Positions 26,193-35,541 of a stretch of 37,419 nt of DNA are shown one piece after another. Source of the DNA: a virus (lineage: Duplodnaviria > Caudoviricetes). Below the pieces are notes generated by a model. That model was not told where the DNA came from, made no database searches, and saw only the letters and a program-made list of their open reading frames with translations. Every line of letters starts with the position of its first letter. Within the stretch, counting starts at the first letter, position 1. The translations under genes were made by a program, and so were the position numbers. The stretch spans positions 1 through 37,419 of the IMG/VR virus record IMGVR_UViG_3300015370_000006. One strand, given 5' to 3'.

Positions 26193-26603
26193 TTACTTAA
26201 ACTTTGGCCAAAGTTTATATTCATTGGTTCTATAAAAAGCTCTTCCAAAATCTGTTATATCAACCTCCCCACCCATGAGCTTAATCAAATCGGCAAGATT
26301 AGCTACTGATTTTTTTGCTCTTTCTTCACTAGGCGCAAAATCCAACCCCATCGCTCCGTCGTGATACACATGCCAAAAACAATAATCATCGCCTCTAGCT
26401 TCGTTTCCCCTTATTTTTAACATCCGGCCAAAATCACTAAGCGCAACATGATCGCCGGATACAACGCTATAATGCTCATCATCAATAGACTTCCCCGCCA
26501 ATGTACCACTACCTCTCTTTATTCCCTCTTGCTCTAGCACTACTCCAAACACTAAAGCTCCATAAATGAAAAATCGTATTTTTAATTTCATATTATCCCT
26601 CAT
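26193..26603 (-). CDS. Hypothetical protein
   Basis: ORF overlapping the terL end. Confidence 0.65.
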   Translation of the reverse strand: MRDNMKLKIRFFIYGALVFGVVLEQEGIKRGSGTLAGKSIDDEHYSVVSGDHVALSDFGRMLKIRGNEARGDDYCFWHVYHDGAMGLDFAPSEERAKKSVANLADLIKLMGGEVDITDFGRAFYRTNEYKLWPKFK

Positions 26604-28146
26604 ATTCGCTTAAACTCTCCCACTCCGGCTGTTTGTATGGCGCGGCGGTTGTGTCCGGCGTGTAGAACGTAAGCATTAGCGCGTCTGCCTTGTTAGGTGA
26701 TTTGCCATGATTAAGAGTTAATTTCTTCATCGTTCGTTTATCCATTAGTTGAATCTTACTGATTTTCCCGGCTGTGCGCCTATATCTTAGAGATAGTAAT
26801 TCCTCCCGCCATTTATCAAGGTCTACAATCTCCCCACCCGCCTTAATCCATTCGCGCATACGCCAAGCCAACTCGGCTCTTAGATTAAAAAACCTCTCAT
26901 CATCATGCGCGCTATATCCAACATTCACGCCTTGCGCCCTAATCGGATCTTCGCCGGGTTTAGCTGATAAGGCTATTTCTTGCGTAACATTCGCGCCAAT
27001 TCCAAAGTTATCAACAGCTACATCACTTCCGGCTATCTCATAAGCCCGGATTGTTTCTACTGCTGAATTGGCGATTGTCTTAGGTGTAGAGGTCTTTTCT
27101 AATGCTGTTAGTTTAGCTATGTACGGGTCGCGCGCAACCTCGGCCGCCATATCTCCACCATCTCCGGCCGGGTCAATGCCTAGTTTTACGCGTCCCTTTA
27201 GTTCTTTAGTCCCCGCTTCGCGTAAATCCGCCTCAACCAATAGAGGTACATAGCCTTGATCGTCCACTCCCTCCTCACGGCCAAAGCCTCCGGCCACACG
27301 GATACTATATTCGTCCGAATCTCGCCCGTGTCGCTCTATAATGCGGTCAACATACTTTCTTACCACAATAGGGCTTTTATCCGCGTCAAGGCTCATATTT
27401 TGCCAATTGTGCGCGTCTGCGTGGTGCGTGTCATAGAAGTAACCAACTAAGCGCGTCCCATTCGATATAAGAATAACTAAAACATTTTCCCCGGTCATCG
27501 AACCCTCTGCTGTATTAAAAATCTCGTCATATACGCCGGAGGCCTCATCAACTAGCACCATGACATGATCCGCATGGACTCCGGCCAAAGCCTCGCTATT
27601 TTCCTTTGAGGCTGTACGCGCACGGGCAAACCACGTTTCCGGGCTTTCTTTAATCCTCACATATTCCGTAGTCCATGAGTATTTATCTGCAATTCCTTTA
27701 GGCATACGAGGCAACCAGATCGCAACCTCTTTCCACAAAATATCGTGCATTTGGCTACTCGTTGGGGCGGTACAAGGTATCTGTGCGTCCTTAAAACAAA
27801 ACAAAAACCACAATAAAAGCCATGCAATAGAACATGACTTACCCGTGCCATGCCCGGATACAATGCTAATTTTAGACTTGGCTTTACCAGCGCGCGCTAA
27901 TTCTACGGCTTTTAATATCATCCATTGTTGCCAAGTGATATGTTTGCCCTTAATAAAAGGCTCAAAATGCTCTGCCTTGATTTCATTCCACTTACCCGCG
28001 TCAACCATTTTGTTGACCTCAACAAATTGGTCTGGCTTTATCGGTTGCGGTTTTAAGCCCCACATCTTCTCAACAAATACAAGCGGGCTTGCTCTAAAGC
28101 TCTTAAATAACTCTATATCTTCTTTTGTGATGTTGCTTTTAGTCAT
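26593..28146 (-). CDS. terL: Terminase large subunit
   Basis: Walker A SGHGTGKS, Walker B VLVDEA, ISNG, nuclease GIDPA..D and SPNKADAL. Confidence 0.95.
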   Translation of the reverse strand: MTKSNITKEDIELFKSFRASPLVFVEKMWGLKPQPIKPDQFVEVNKMVDAGKWNEIKAEHFEPFIKGKHITWQQWMILKAVELARAGKAKSKISIVSGHGTGKSCSIAWLLLWFLFCFKDAQIPCTAPTSSQMHDILWKEVAIWLPRMPKGIADKYSWTTEYVRIKESPETWFARARTASKENSEALAGVHADHVMVLVDEASGVYDEIFNTAEGSMTGENVLVILISNGTRLVGYFYDTHHADAHNWQNMSLDADKSPIVVRKYVDRIIERHGRDSDEYSIRVAGGFGREEGVDDQGYVPLLVEADLREAGTKELKGRVKLGIDPAGDGGDMAAEVARDPYIAKLTALEKTSTPKTIANSAVETIRAYEIAGSDVAVDNFGIGANVTQEIALSAKPGEDPIRAQGVNVGYSAHDDERFFNLRAELAWRMREWIKAGGEIVDLDKWREELLSLRYRRTAGKISKIQLMDKRTMKKLTLNHGKSPNKADALMLTFYTPDTTAAPYKQPEWESLSEYEG

Positions 28147-28606
28147 CTAAACTATCGCATAATTGCGTTAAATTAAGTCCGCCGCTAAGTTCTTTCTTTT
28201 CCGGGGCGTATGAACCTTTAATCTTATAAGCTAAATCCAGCCCATCTTTAATTGCTTTGTTATTCCGCGCCCAAAACCAACAATGAACAGCCACATCACC
28301 ACGCTGTATTTTCTTTGACGTACAGTTCACGGTCGCCAATAGTTCTTTAATCGCCGCGTCTGACATAGATTGCGGGAATACCATATGGCCAATTTCGGTC
28401 GCCTCTAATAACTCCTTATGTTTCTTTGCCAATAACTTATCCGGCAAGTGTTCACCCAAAATCTCTGCATAGCCTTTTGACTCTGTTAATTTTTGCGGCG
28501 TCTTTGCTGTAGCTTTGGTATATCCGGCGGCCTCCATTGCCTTACTTACGTTTCCACCATTTTCCACTAACTTCTTAACTGCCTTTTTTTGCTTAACTGT
28601 CGCCAT
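28139..28606 (-). CDS. terS: Terminase small subunit
   Basis: KQKKAVKKLVENGGNVSKAMEAAGY HTH; overlaps the terL start. Confidence 0.8.
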   Translation of the reverse strand: MATVKQKKAVKKLVENGGNVSKAMEAAGYTKATAKTPQKLTESKGYAEILGEHLPDKLLAKKHKELLEATEIGHMVFPQSMSDAAIKELLATVNCTSKKIQRGDVAVHCWFWARNNKAIKDGLDLAYKIKGSYAPEKKELSGGLNLTQLCDSLDD

Positions 28607-28607
28607 A

Positions 28608-28856
28608 TTATCTAGTAAATAACTTAGCTTTTACTTCGCCTTTACTATCCTTTGTCATTTCCATTTCTGCATTAGCTACCGTAACATTTTGACAATCGCA
28701 CTTGGCGATCTCTGCGCTTAATCTCTTTTCTGCCTCTTGCATTGATTCCTCTTGAACTCTTTGCAAGTCTTTTGGCTTGACTATATTCAAATCAATATCC
28801 AAATCTATCGCATACTCTTTATTGCACTTAGTGCATTTTCTTTTAATTGTTGTCAT
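28608..28856 (-). CDS. Hypothetical CxxC protein
   Basis: CTKC..CDC; tight packing. Confidence 0.65.
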   Translation of the reverse strand: MTTIKRKCTKCNKEYAIDLDIDLNIVKPKDLQRVQEESMQEAEKRLSAEIAKCDCQNVTVANAEMEMTKDSKGEVKAKLFTR

Positions 28857-29016
28857 ATATATTAACTATAAAGCATTTTTGCTGTTTTGGTTAGTTATCC
28901 CCGTAAATTTCCCCTCGCCCACTATTGTTACCTTATGCATATATCTAAAAAAATTACTATTAAAGCAAGCCCTATAATAAAATATAGTACCCACTCTCCA
29001 AACGATGTTTCGTATT

Positions 29017-29340
29017 TCAACATAGCTTCATTCCCTCCTTTACATCCTCCCATGACCGGGCAAGGATATATTTGCCTCCGGCCTCGTTAATCTTTCGCTC
29101 CCACTCTTTTTGATCTTTGCTCTGCCGGCCTATGCGGGTTTTAACTTCTATCCCATAGAACATGCCCTTATAGATAGCCATTATGTCCGGGAGGCCTATG
29201 TTATTTTGATCGACACGCCGGAGGCCGGTAATGCGGCCGCCCTGTCTTATTGGCACGGGGATATTTTGATAACGCCACGCAATAACGCGGTTATACCAAA
29301 GTCCCTCTAAAATCGTTCGCTGTATGTCTGTTTCACTCAT
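29017..29340 (-). CDS. VRR-NUC / PD-(D/E)xK nuclease
   Basis: SETDIQ..GLPDI..GIEVKT..GRQSKDQKEW. Confidence 0.9.
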   Translation of the reverse strand: MSETDIQRTILEGLWYNRVIAWRYQNIPVPIRQGGRITGLRRVDQNNIGLPDIMAIYKGMFYGIEVKTRIGRQSKDQKEWERKINEAGGKYILARSWEDVKEGMKLC

Positions 29341-29474
29341 ACTACTATTTTTTAGTGAATTAGTTTTTGCTTAGTAAATGACCTTGAAAAAAATTTACTC
29401 CCGTTGTTTGGCCGGGGTAAGATGTTTATGTAAAAGAGCGAATCAAGGCCATGTACTAGGCAAAAAGCATATTG

Positions 29475-29636
29475 TTATTCCTCTTCCTTAAAATAAACAT
29501 CAAGCGACTCGACATGTCTCACAAGTTGAGCGATAGCTTGATTAGCTCCGTATCCATCACCCGCACCTTGCAAACTTTTTATCTCTTCAAGCAAAGCGTC
29601 GTACCAAGATTTTGTAATTGTTATTTGTTGTTTCAT
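29475..29636 (-). CDS. 53-aa hypothetical protein (not in ORF track)
   Basis: MKQQITITKSWYDALLEEIK..; AT-rich start context. Confidence 0.55.
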   Translation of the reverse strand: MKQQITITKSWYDALLEEIKSLQGAGDGYGANQAIAQLVRHVESLDVYFKEEE

Positions 29637-29722
29637 ATATTGTTATTAAAAGTTAGTGCCGTTTTTGAGTCCAGAACGGCAAAACTGGGCAACAAGTGCG
29701 TGGGGGGAACGCTCCTCGTTGG

Positions 29723-29974
29723 CTATGCGCATGAGGTGTTGAGAATGAACACATCTCGTGAGTAAAGTTCAATGTCCGTTACCGGCAAACGCTTGCGTTG
29801 GAATTGAACATAACAATCAACTGTGAGAACGCCATCATCTGTTGCGCTCTTGTTGGATTGCTCTTGCATACGCCGTAGCGTTTCGAGCATTTCCATTGAG
29901 AACCGGAGGGGCTTGCCGTTAGCGGATAGCAAGACGACAAATGTGCTTGGCCTACCGATAAGGTGTGTTTTCAT
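29723..29974 (-). CDS. Hypothetical protein
   Basis: ORF in a block of coupled small genes. Confidence 0.55.
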   Translation of the reverse strand: MKTHLIGRPSTFVVLLSANGKPLRFSMEMLETLRRMQEQSNKSATDDGVLTVDCYVQFQRKRLPVTDIELYSRDVFILNTSCA

Positions 29975-30146
29975 CTTTGACCCTTTCTTGGATCAGCCGG
30001 ACTCTCCGGCGTTTGCTGATTATCTCCTCTACGACTTGTTGTTTCCAGATGATTGCACAATCCAGCGAATCGCAGATGTTAACGCCATCGCGGTGAGTAG
30101 CAGGGCGAGTACAGATGAAGCAACGTGCATGATTCTCATCTTTCAT
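29952..30146 (-). CDS. Small Cys-rich protein
   Basis: CFIC..CDSLDC; GGAGG upstream. Confidence 0.6.
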   Translation of the reverse strand: MKDENHARCFICTRPATHRDGVNICDSLDCAIIWKQQVVEEIISKRRRVRLIQERVKDENTPYR

Positions 30147-30288
30147 CTAAGCCTCCGTCTTATGAACTCGTATGCCAGCACGCCGAGAACGGCGAGTAGA
30201 AGCGTGAGAGCTTTCCAAGCGATAGACACGGGGTTTCTCCTTTCCTTTGTTGAGCATACGCTCTTGCCAGTCCTTGAAGTTTTCCCAC

Positions 30289-30468
30289 TTACCCATTGTA
30301 AGCCTCCACTTCTCGCATATATTTTATGCGGAAGCGTTCAATGCCGTGGTTGCAATACACATCCATGTATCTGCTTCCGCCGTCTTTCGCAAGTTCTTTG
30401 AGGTAAGACGCAAAGGTCATGTGAACCACACCACGGAAGTTTTTACAGCCGACTACACACTTGATCAT
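30289..30468 (-). CDS. 59-aa hypothetical protein (not in ORF track)
   Basis: MIKCVVGCKNFRG..; GGAGG upstream; TGATG coupling. Confidence 0.6.
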   Translation of the reverse strand: MIKCVVGCKNFRGVVHMTFASYLKELAKDGGSRYMDVYCNHGIERFRIKYMREVEAYNG

Positions 30469-30641
30469 CAGTCCTCCCTGTTTTCCGTCAACGCTCTCGC
30501 CTTGACTGTGAAGAGTACACCAACGTATTGCACCGTGACCACTTCGTCATTTTCTTGCTTGCGCTTGAGTGACGCTTCCGTACAGTTCACGGTAACAATC
30601 TTCTCGCCCAAGTAACGCTCGGTAACATTCTGTCCGTACAT
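30468..30641 (-). CDS. Hypothetical protein
   Basis: AAGGAGAG upstream of ATG 30641 (MYGQNV..). Confidence 0.6.
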   Translation of the reverse strand: MYGQNVTERYLGEKIVTVNCTEASLKRKQENDEVVTVQYVGVLFTVKARALTENRED

Positions 30642-30749
30642 GTTGCTCTCCTTGTTGAAAGACCCACGCCCACCCATACGATATATCCCGTATATTCCAA
30701 CGGCTTATGAGTGGATGTTGATTTTCCAATAGGTATAACTATACCTAAA

Positions 30750-30932
30750 CTATACATATTTCATACCTATATCAATATGTTTCTCTGACATTACGAATGG
30801 CATAGCTCTTGGATAACGCAACATGTAATAACCATCCGCATACGCCATAATCTTATACTCATTCAAAATGCCGTAAGAGGTGTCTCTTAGTGTGATTTTG
30901 TCGCCGATTTTATATTTAGGTTCTGCTTTCAT
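30750..30932 (-). CDS. Hypothetical SH3-like small protein
   Basis: PKYKIGDKI start; ATGA coupling. Confidence 0.65.
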   Translation of the reverse strand: MKAEPKYKIGDKITLRDTSYGILNEYKIMAYADGYYMLRYPRAMPFVMSEKHIDIGMKYV

Positions 30933-31189
30933 ATTTTTCTCTTAATAATTAAATCCCATGAATTGTTTCCATACATTTTAATTATGTCAACATACGGATA
31001 AACCTGCTCTCTATCTTTCTCTTTCTCTTCTTCTGTTAATTCGGCGTAAGGTGTTTTAGCTTGCCTATCCCACCTAGCAAGATTCTCATGTGTTGAATTA
31101 TCTCTTTGCCATAAATACCATTTAGCCCATCTTTCGTGTTCAATAGCAGCACAGGCTTCTATTATTTCTTTTATTTCGTCTTCTTTCAT
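30929..31189 (-). CDS. RyR-domain-like small protein
   Basis: EHERW..PYAELTEEEKEKDR. Confidence 0.7.
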   Translation of the reverse strand: MKEDEIKEIIEACAAIEHERWAKWYLWQRDNSTHENLARWDRQAKTPYAELTEEEKEKDREQVYPYVDIIKMYGNNSWDLIIKRKI

Positions 31190-31325
31190 AAATTAAATCT
31201 TCTTAATAATTAACCGCACAACACTCACGCACAAGGCTCTGAACTCACTTAGGTGGAGGCTGTTATGAGCAACCTTGCCACTACCCTATGCGCAAGGGTT
31301 GAGGGGTTAAGCCTCACAATTTATT

Positions 31326-31436
31326 TTAGTGAGTTGGTGTTGAACTTAGTGCAATTATCATTAGCCAAAATGTAGAAATGAATACGCAAATTGCAATTAT
31401 CATTAGCCAAAAATTTGTTTCAAATCTATCTTCCAT
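31326..31436 (-). CDS. 36-aa hydrophobic peptide with internal duplication
   Basis: MEDRFETNFWLMIIAICVFISTFWLMIIALSSTPTH; TCACTAA leader. Confidence 0.5.
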   Translation of the reverse strand: MEDRFETNFWLMIIAICVFISTFWLMIIALSSTPTH

Positions 31437-31479
31437 ACAATTTATTTTAGTGAGTTAAAATATGTGTCTATCTTTTCTT

Positions 31480-31671
31480 CTAGGCTTTTTTTTCTCGCGC
31501 TATTTCCCATCTGTCCATGCGTTCTGCAAATACCTTGTATATTCTTTCCTCTCCATGAGGTGTTTTTTTCACCTCTTTGATCTGCGTATTATAGCCATTA
31601 AGCCGTAAGCCTAACGCTTTTTGTTCGGCCTCTCTGCTATTTTCGCAAATAAAGAATAAAATCATAGGCAT
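31480..31671 (-). CDS. Hypothetical protein
   Basis: Tight packing. Confidence 0.6.
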   Translation of the reverse strand: MPMILFFICENSREAEQKALGLRLNGYNTQIKEVKKTPHGEERIYKVFAERMDRWEIAREKKA

Positions 31672-31672
31672 G

Positions 31673-32092
31673 TTATTGGTTGGTATAGTCCAAAGCCTGT
31701 TTATAACTCACTTCGTCAACCTCGCGAATAAGTACCGCACGGGGTCTAACCTTTGAATGTAGCCAAACCGGATGATCAAAACCTACTGTTTTTCCTCGGA
31801 ATGTTGCTACTCTATTCCAAGCACTTTGCCTACCGTATACAAAATCAATTCCATGCTGTGTAGGATACCAGCCATTTGTCGTATGTCCTATAAGTCCAAA
31901 ATAAGTTAATTTCTGAAAATTATTATATTGGTTTTTTGTAAGGGTCAAATCTTTTTGTAAATTTATCGACCGGCGCAATTCCTCGTGACGATCAACAAGC
32001 TGTCTAAGCGCGGATACTAGCGGCTGATTAAGTTTATGAATGTATGCTCTTATTTCATGTCCGCAATGTTGGCATTTTTCTGTATAGGCCAT
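31673..32092 (-). CDS. Hypothetical protein (CxxC + winged-helix-like)
   Basis: CQHCG; FQKLTYFGLI..GWYPTQHGIDFV. Confidence 0.7.
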   Translation of the reverse strand: MAYTEKCQHCGHEIRAYIHKLNQPLVSALRQLVDRHEELRRSINLQKDLTLTKNQYNNFQKLTYFGLIGHTTNGWYPTQHGIDFVYGRQSAWNRVATFRGKTVGFDHPVWLHSKVRPRAVLIREVDEVSYKQALDYTNQ

Positions 32093-32093
32093 A

Positions 32094-32501
32094 TTAGCAT
32101 TTATTGTTAGCTACATTATTATGAAAATCATTTACTTTTTTAAGGGCTTGTATCATTTCGAGGTATCCAATGGCTACGGCCTCATAGTAAGAGCGTTTTT
32201 GGCCAAACTCTGAACCCTTTGCCATGCCCTCTGCCCGGCCTATTGTCATCCCGCCATCCCGTAAGTATCCGGCAAATAATTCATCCCGCATAGCCTTTGC
32301 TTTTCCGGCTTTTTCCATCATCTTTGCATAGTGATTTCCCATGAGGCCAAGTGCTTTATTGTTTCGTTCATATGGCATTGTGCCTCCGTGCTGTCTGATC
32401 GTTTCTTGTATCCTCCGCACCTCATCAAAAATCTGCATATCTTCGTCCGGCGTCCACTTCATCGGACGCTCTAGCGGCTCTAGCTCTTTTTGTGTTCCCA
32501 T
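32094..32501 (-). CDS. Hypothetical helical protein
   Basis: ORF in the early operon. Confidence 0.7.
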   Translation of the reverse strand: MGTQKELEPLERPMKWTPDEDMQIFDEVRRIQETIRQHGGTMPYERNNKALGLMGNHYAKMMEKAGKAKAMRDELFAGYLRDGGMTIGRAEGMAKGSEFGQKRSYYEAVAIGYLEMIQALKKVNDFHNNVANNKC

Positions 32502-32697
32502 AGAATGTTTTGATTAAATATAGTTCAAAATTTCTGCTCCTATGCGCTAAGTCGTGACATAGCGAGCAAATATCTATTATGTTGTTTGGGTCTTTTATCA
32601 AGTCCGGGCGTATTGATCGTTGGTATAAGTGATGTTCTACTACCGCGCGGGCTGATTCGTAACATCCGCAATTTTCGCACTCTCTATCTTGCCTCAT
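32425..32697 (-). CDS. HNH endonuclease
   Basis: CENC..HH..NIIDICSLCHDLAH; start 32697 by ATGA coupling. Confidence 0.8.
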   Translation of the reverse strand: MRQDRECENCGCYESARAVVEHHLYQRSIRPDLIKDPNNIIDICSLCHDLAHRSRNFELYLIKTFYGNTKRARAARASDEVDAGRRYADF

Positions 32698-32852
32698 ACT
32701 TTTACATCCGGCTGTAGATCCCTTGCTTTTAGGATATGTCCACACAAAGGGCACTCCATAAATTCCTGTTCCCATTCGCCGTCCTCATTTGTTGAACCTT
32801 GTGCCTGCGGCATTATTCGCTCTTTACATTTCGGGCATATAATTGATTTCAT
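32694..32852 (-). CDS. 52-aa zinc-ribbon protein (not in ORF track)
   Basis: MKSIICPKC..ECPLCG; TCACTAA leader. Confidence 0.7.
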   Translation of the reverse strand: MKSIICPKCKERIMPQAQGSTNEDGEWEQEFMECPLCGHILKARDLQPDVKV

Positions 32853-32857
32853 ACTTT

Positions 32858-33094
32858 TTACTTTAGTGAATTAGCGCGCTTAGCTTTCCAATATTTCCTT
32901 TGATAAGCGTTAAATTTATCTCTGTTTGCGTCCCGCCATGCATAAGTTCTGATCATCATGCACTTTTTGCAAACACTTCCTATTGTTTTTGTCCCGGCTA
33001 GTGTCGTTCTTTTAGAAAAGTCTTTTAATAACTTTCTTTTTTTACAATCCACACAAAGGCACGTTTTATGTAATGGTCTTTCTAATGTTGGCAT
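32858..33094 (-). CDS. Basic zinc-finger protein
   Basis: CVDCKK..F..CKKC..basic helix. Confidence 0.7.
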   Translation of the reverse strand: MPTLERPLHKTCLCVDCKKRKLLKDFSKRTTLAGTKTIGSVCKKCMMIRTYAWRDANRDKFNAYQRKYWKAKRANSLK

Positions 33095-33096
33095 AA

Positions 33097-33741
33097 TTAT
33101 TTTACTTGCTTATAACAAGCCCATTGGCCTGCCTTGCCGGCTTTTAAGTCCTCAATTCCTTTTTTAATTGAACACCTTGCGTCCAGCATACACTCCTTTG
33201 TTATATTTTTGCGTTGCCAATAATCGTTATATTGCAGGATTCCCCAATCACTACTCCAAGATGGTGTATTGCCTTTTGAATTGCGCGCCTGTGAGTCCCA
33301 CATACTCTCACAATCAATTAGCTTATAAACTAAATCCACATCGCTGTAACCTGCTTTTTCCGCTTCGTCCCGGACGATCTGCGCTATTTCTTCGTCCCAT
33401 CCTTTAAGTTTATAACTTAGTGGTATTGTTTTTTTTGCCGGGGCTTTGGGTTTCTCTATTTGTTCGGGCTGTACGTCCTTTTGAATAAGCGTTATCAATC
33501 CGGCCTCATCCAATGCGCAATATTCTGTATTGGCATTTTTGATACACACTTCTGGTTCAACCATTAAATCAATCCATTTAGTGGCTGTACAAGTGTTTCT
33601 TAATTGTGGTCGCGTTTGTGCCGGCGGCATGTTTGCTAGTGCAAACTTGGCAATGCCAAACATTAGAAACGCTGTAATTAGCACGGCCACCGTATTTTTT
33701 GCCTGTGAACGGGCGAATTTGCCCTTATTATCTCTAGTCAT
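33097..33741 (-). CDS. Membrane-anchored lytic transglycosylase (SLT-like)
   Basis: N-terminal TM; IDCES..A.N..DWGILQYN..W.C. Confidence 0.8.
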   Translation of the reverse strand: MTRDNKGKFARSQAKNTVAVLITAFLMFGIAKFALANMPPAQTRPQLRNTCTATKWIDLMVEPEVCIKNANTEYCALDEAGLITLIQKDVQPEQIEKPKAPAKKTIPLSYKLKGWDEEIAQIVRDEAEKAGYSDVDLVYKLIDCESMWDSQARNSKGNTPSWSSDWGILQYNDYWQRKNITKECMLDARCSIKKGIEDLKAGKAGQWACYKQVK

Positions 33742-33800
33742 ATTTATGTATAGTTAATTTTGTTTTAGTTTTTTTGTACTGAACAATCAAAGACTTGGCC

Positions 33801-33983
33801 TTATTCGCTTAAATTTTTAATATCCTCTTCAATTATTTGGAGGTCTTTTAACTCTTTTACTTTCTGTTGTTGCACTAGGAAAATTACTTGCTTGATAGCT
33901 CGTAATTGACCTAGCTTTGTGTATTTGCGTTTCCGCAACTCCAACAAATTATTTATTTGTTGTTCTCTTGTTATTTTGTGCAT
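33801..33983 (-). CDS. Hypothetical protein
   Basis: ORF in the early operon. Confidence 0.55.
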   Translation of the reverse strand: MHKITREQQINNLLELRKRKYTKLGQLRAIKQVIFLVQQQKVKELKDLQIIEEDIKNLSE

Positions 33984-34015
33984 ATTTTAGTCATTACGAA
34001 TAAATCTCTATACAA

Positions 34016-34621
34016 CTAAAACTGCGTTAATTCTGCTACAATCGCATTTATTTTTTCTAGTTTGGCGATCTGATATAAGGTTATTTCCTCGATTTCATCT
34101 TGCAATGATGTGCGGTTAATTGTGATAACGTGAAAATCTTTTATCTTTAATCGCGGGTCATAGAATACAAAGTATAAAGTTTTCAATTTTTCGTTCACAA
34201 TGAAGTATTGAATTACTTGATATTTATATTCGGCCGGCACTTCGTTTTCAATCACGGCTTGGATATGTCGCGCGCTTGATAAACATTTAACTTCTACCGC
34301 CTCGGTTTTTCCTATAAAGCCATCGGGCGATAAAGCGATATTTGGATATTTGGCATGTTCCCAAATTACCAAGTCCGTGTTTACCTTTTTGCCCGTTGAT
34401 TCCTCGAAGCGTTCAATAGCCTCTGGCTCTAATTCATGCCCGCGCTCCATCGCATTTTCATCGCCCGGAGGTAAACCCAGTCGATCTGCTATGAGTTCAT
34501 AGAAACCAACTTTTTCTTTTTTACCTTTTTGTATAACAATATCTTTAAGTTTAGAGCCTGTGATTTTTCCACGCCTAGCGTCTAGCCACTCTTGCTCATC
34601 TTTGAATTTTAATATTTTCAT
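34016..34621 (-). CDS. YqaJ / lambda-exonuclease family protein
   Basis: EWLDARRGKITGS; MERGHELEPEA; SPDG; EVKC; YQV. Confidence 0.93.
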   Translation of the reverse strand: MKILKFKDEQEWLDARRGKITGSKLKDIVIQKGKKEKVGFYELIADRLGLPPGDENAMERGHELEPEAIERFEESTGKKVNTDLVIWEHAKYPNIALSPDGFIGKTEAVEVKCLSSARHIQAVIENEVPAEYKYQVIQYFIVNEKLKTLYFVFYDPRLKIKDFHVITINRTSLQDEIEEITLYQIAKLEKINAIVAELTQF

Positions 34622-35388
34622 ACGGCTTTAGTTTCTTTTTCCGCTATTGATTTTTTAAGCATGGTTATAACACCATCGGCTTGCGTTGCGGTTAATTGAG
34701 TTATTGATACGCCGAAATGTTTGCGGACGCCCTGTGTAACTTCTGATTGAGTAAGCCCGGCTTCTTTTCCTAGCTTTTCGATCTCTGCCATTTGCACAAC
34801 CGTATATTTATTATTTTTAGGCGCGGTTCGTGCGTCGTCATCTTCTCCGCCAAGAGTGATACCCATAGCGTTAATAAATGCGTAACGCTTGGCATAGGTC
34901 ATAGCACTAGCAAACTTTTGAGGCGCGTTCATAAACGCCTGTGGGTCTGTTGGCACTTTGAATGTTGATTGTTCCGTATGTCCTAGCCTGTGCTTGACCG
35001 TGCAAATAACTGAAACCTCATTATTTTTTTCTTCGGTTGATACTAAAGTGTCAAAGCTATGGGAAAAGCCGTGGGCTTTCCTCACCTCTCTGGTCTGTTC
35101 AATAATTTCTTCAAGTGGTGCATATTTATATCTGACGCTTGATTTGTCTTTATTTAATACGCCCTTACCCTTAGTAATAACCGGGCAATTTGATTGAAAG
35201 TCTGCCATATCCTGCGCGAACATTTCGCGCGCTTGTTCGTCTTTCAATTCTTTGCGCATAGCCATAAGACGTTCTAAAACATCTACCGGCACTTTTTCGC
35301 TAATTGCTTGCGACATAAGTGCTTCTGGGGTCATTACCCCTTGCGTTGCCGGCTCTTTCACCGCAACGACTTTTTTTTCATCTGTCAT
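34618..35388 (-). CDS. ERF-family ssDNA annealing protein
   Basis: YKYAPLEEI; H..GH; SAMTYAKRYA..GI..EDDD; real start MTDEKK at 35388 (the track start runs across the promoters). Confidence 0.9.
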   Translation of the reverse strand: MTDEKKVVAVKEPATQGVMTPEALMSQAISEKVPVDVLERLMAMRKELKDEQAREMFAQDMADFQSNCPVITKGKGVLNKDKSSVRYKYAPLEEIIEQTREVRKAHGFSHSFDTLVSTEEKNNEVSVICTVKHRLGHTEQSTFKVPTDPQAFMNAPQKFASAMTYAKRYAFINAMGITLGGEDDDARTAPKNNKYTVVQMAEIEKLGKEAGLTQSEVTQGVRKHFGVSITQLTATQADGVITMLKKSIAEKETKAV

Positions 35389-35436
35389 ATTTTCTATTTT
35401 TTCTGGCCTAGTCTTTGGTTGTCGAAGTACATTTGT

Positions 35437-35465
35437 ATTATATCTCATAAGTTCTAACACGTCAA
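35437..35465 (-). promoter_or_regulatory. Leftward early promoter
   Basis: TTGACG-17bp-TATAAT. Confidence 0.85.
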
Positions 35466-35512
35466 GGGTTGCTGTGGATGTTTTTTTGTTAGTTGGTTGA
35501 CACAATAGGGAC

Positions 35513-35541
35513 TTGACAGAGTAGAACAGATGGGGTATAGT
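35513..35541 (+). promoter_or_regulatory. Rightward early promoter
   Basis: TTGACA-17bp-TATAGT. Confidence 0.85.

Noticed and set aside
29823-30615. + strand ORFs of 192 and 122 aa
   Set aside because: Antisense to coupled, SD-led minus-strand genes
31317-31456. Short repeats as a CRISPR mini-array
   Set aside because: Two different repeat pairs, no regular spacers, no cas genes
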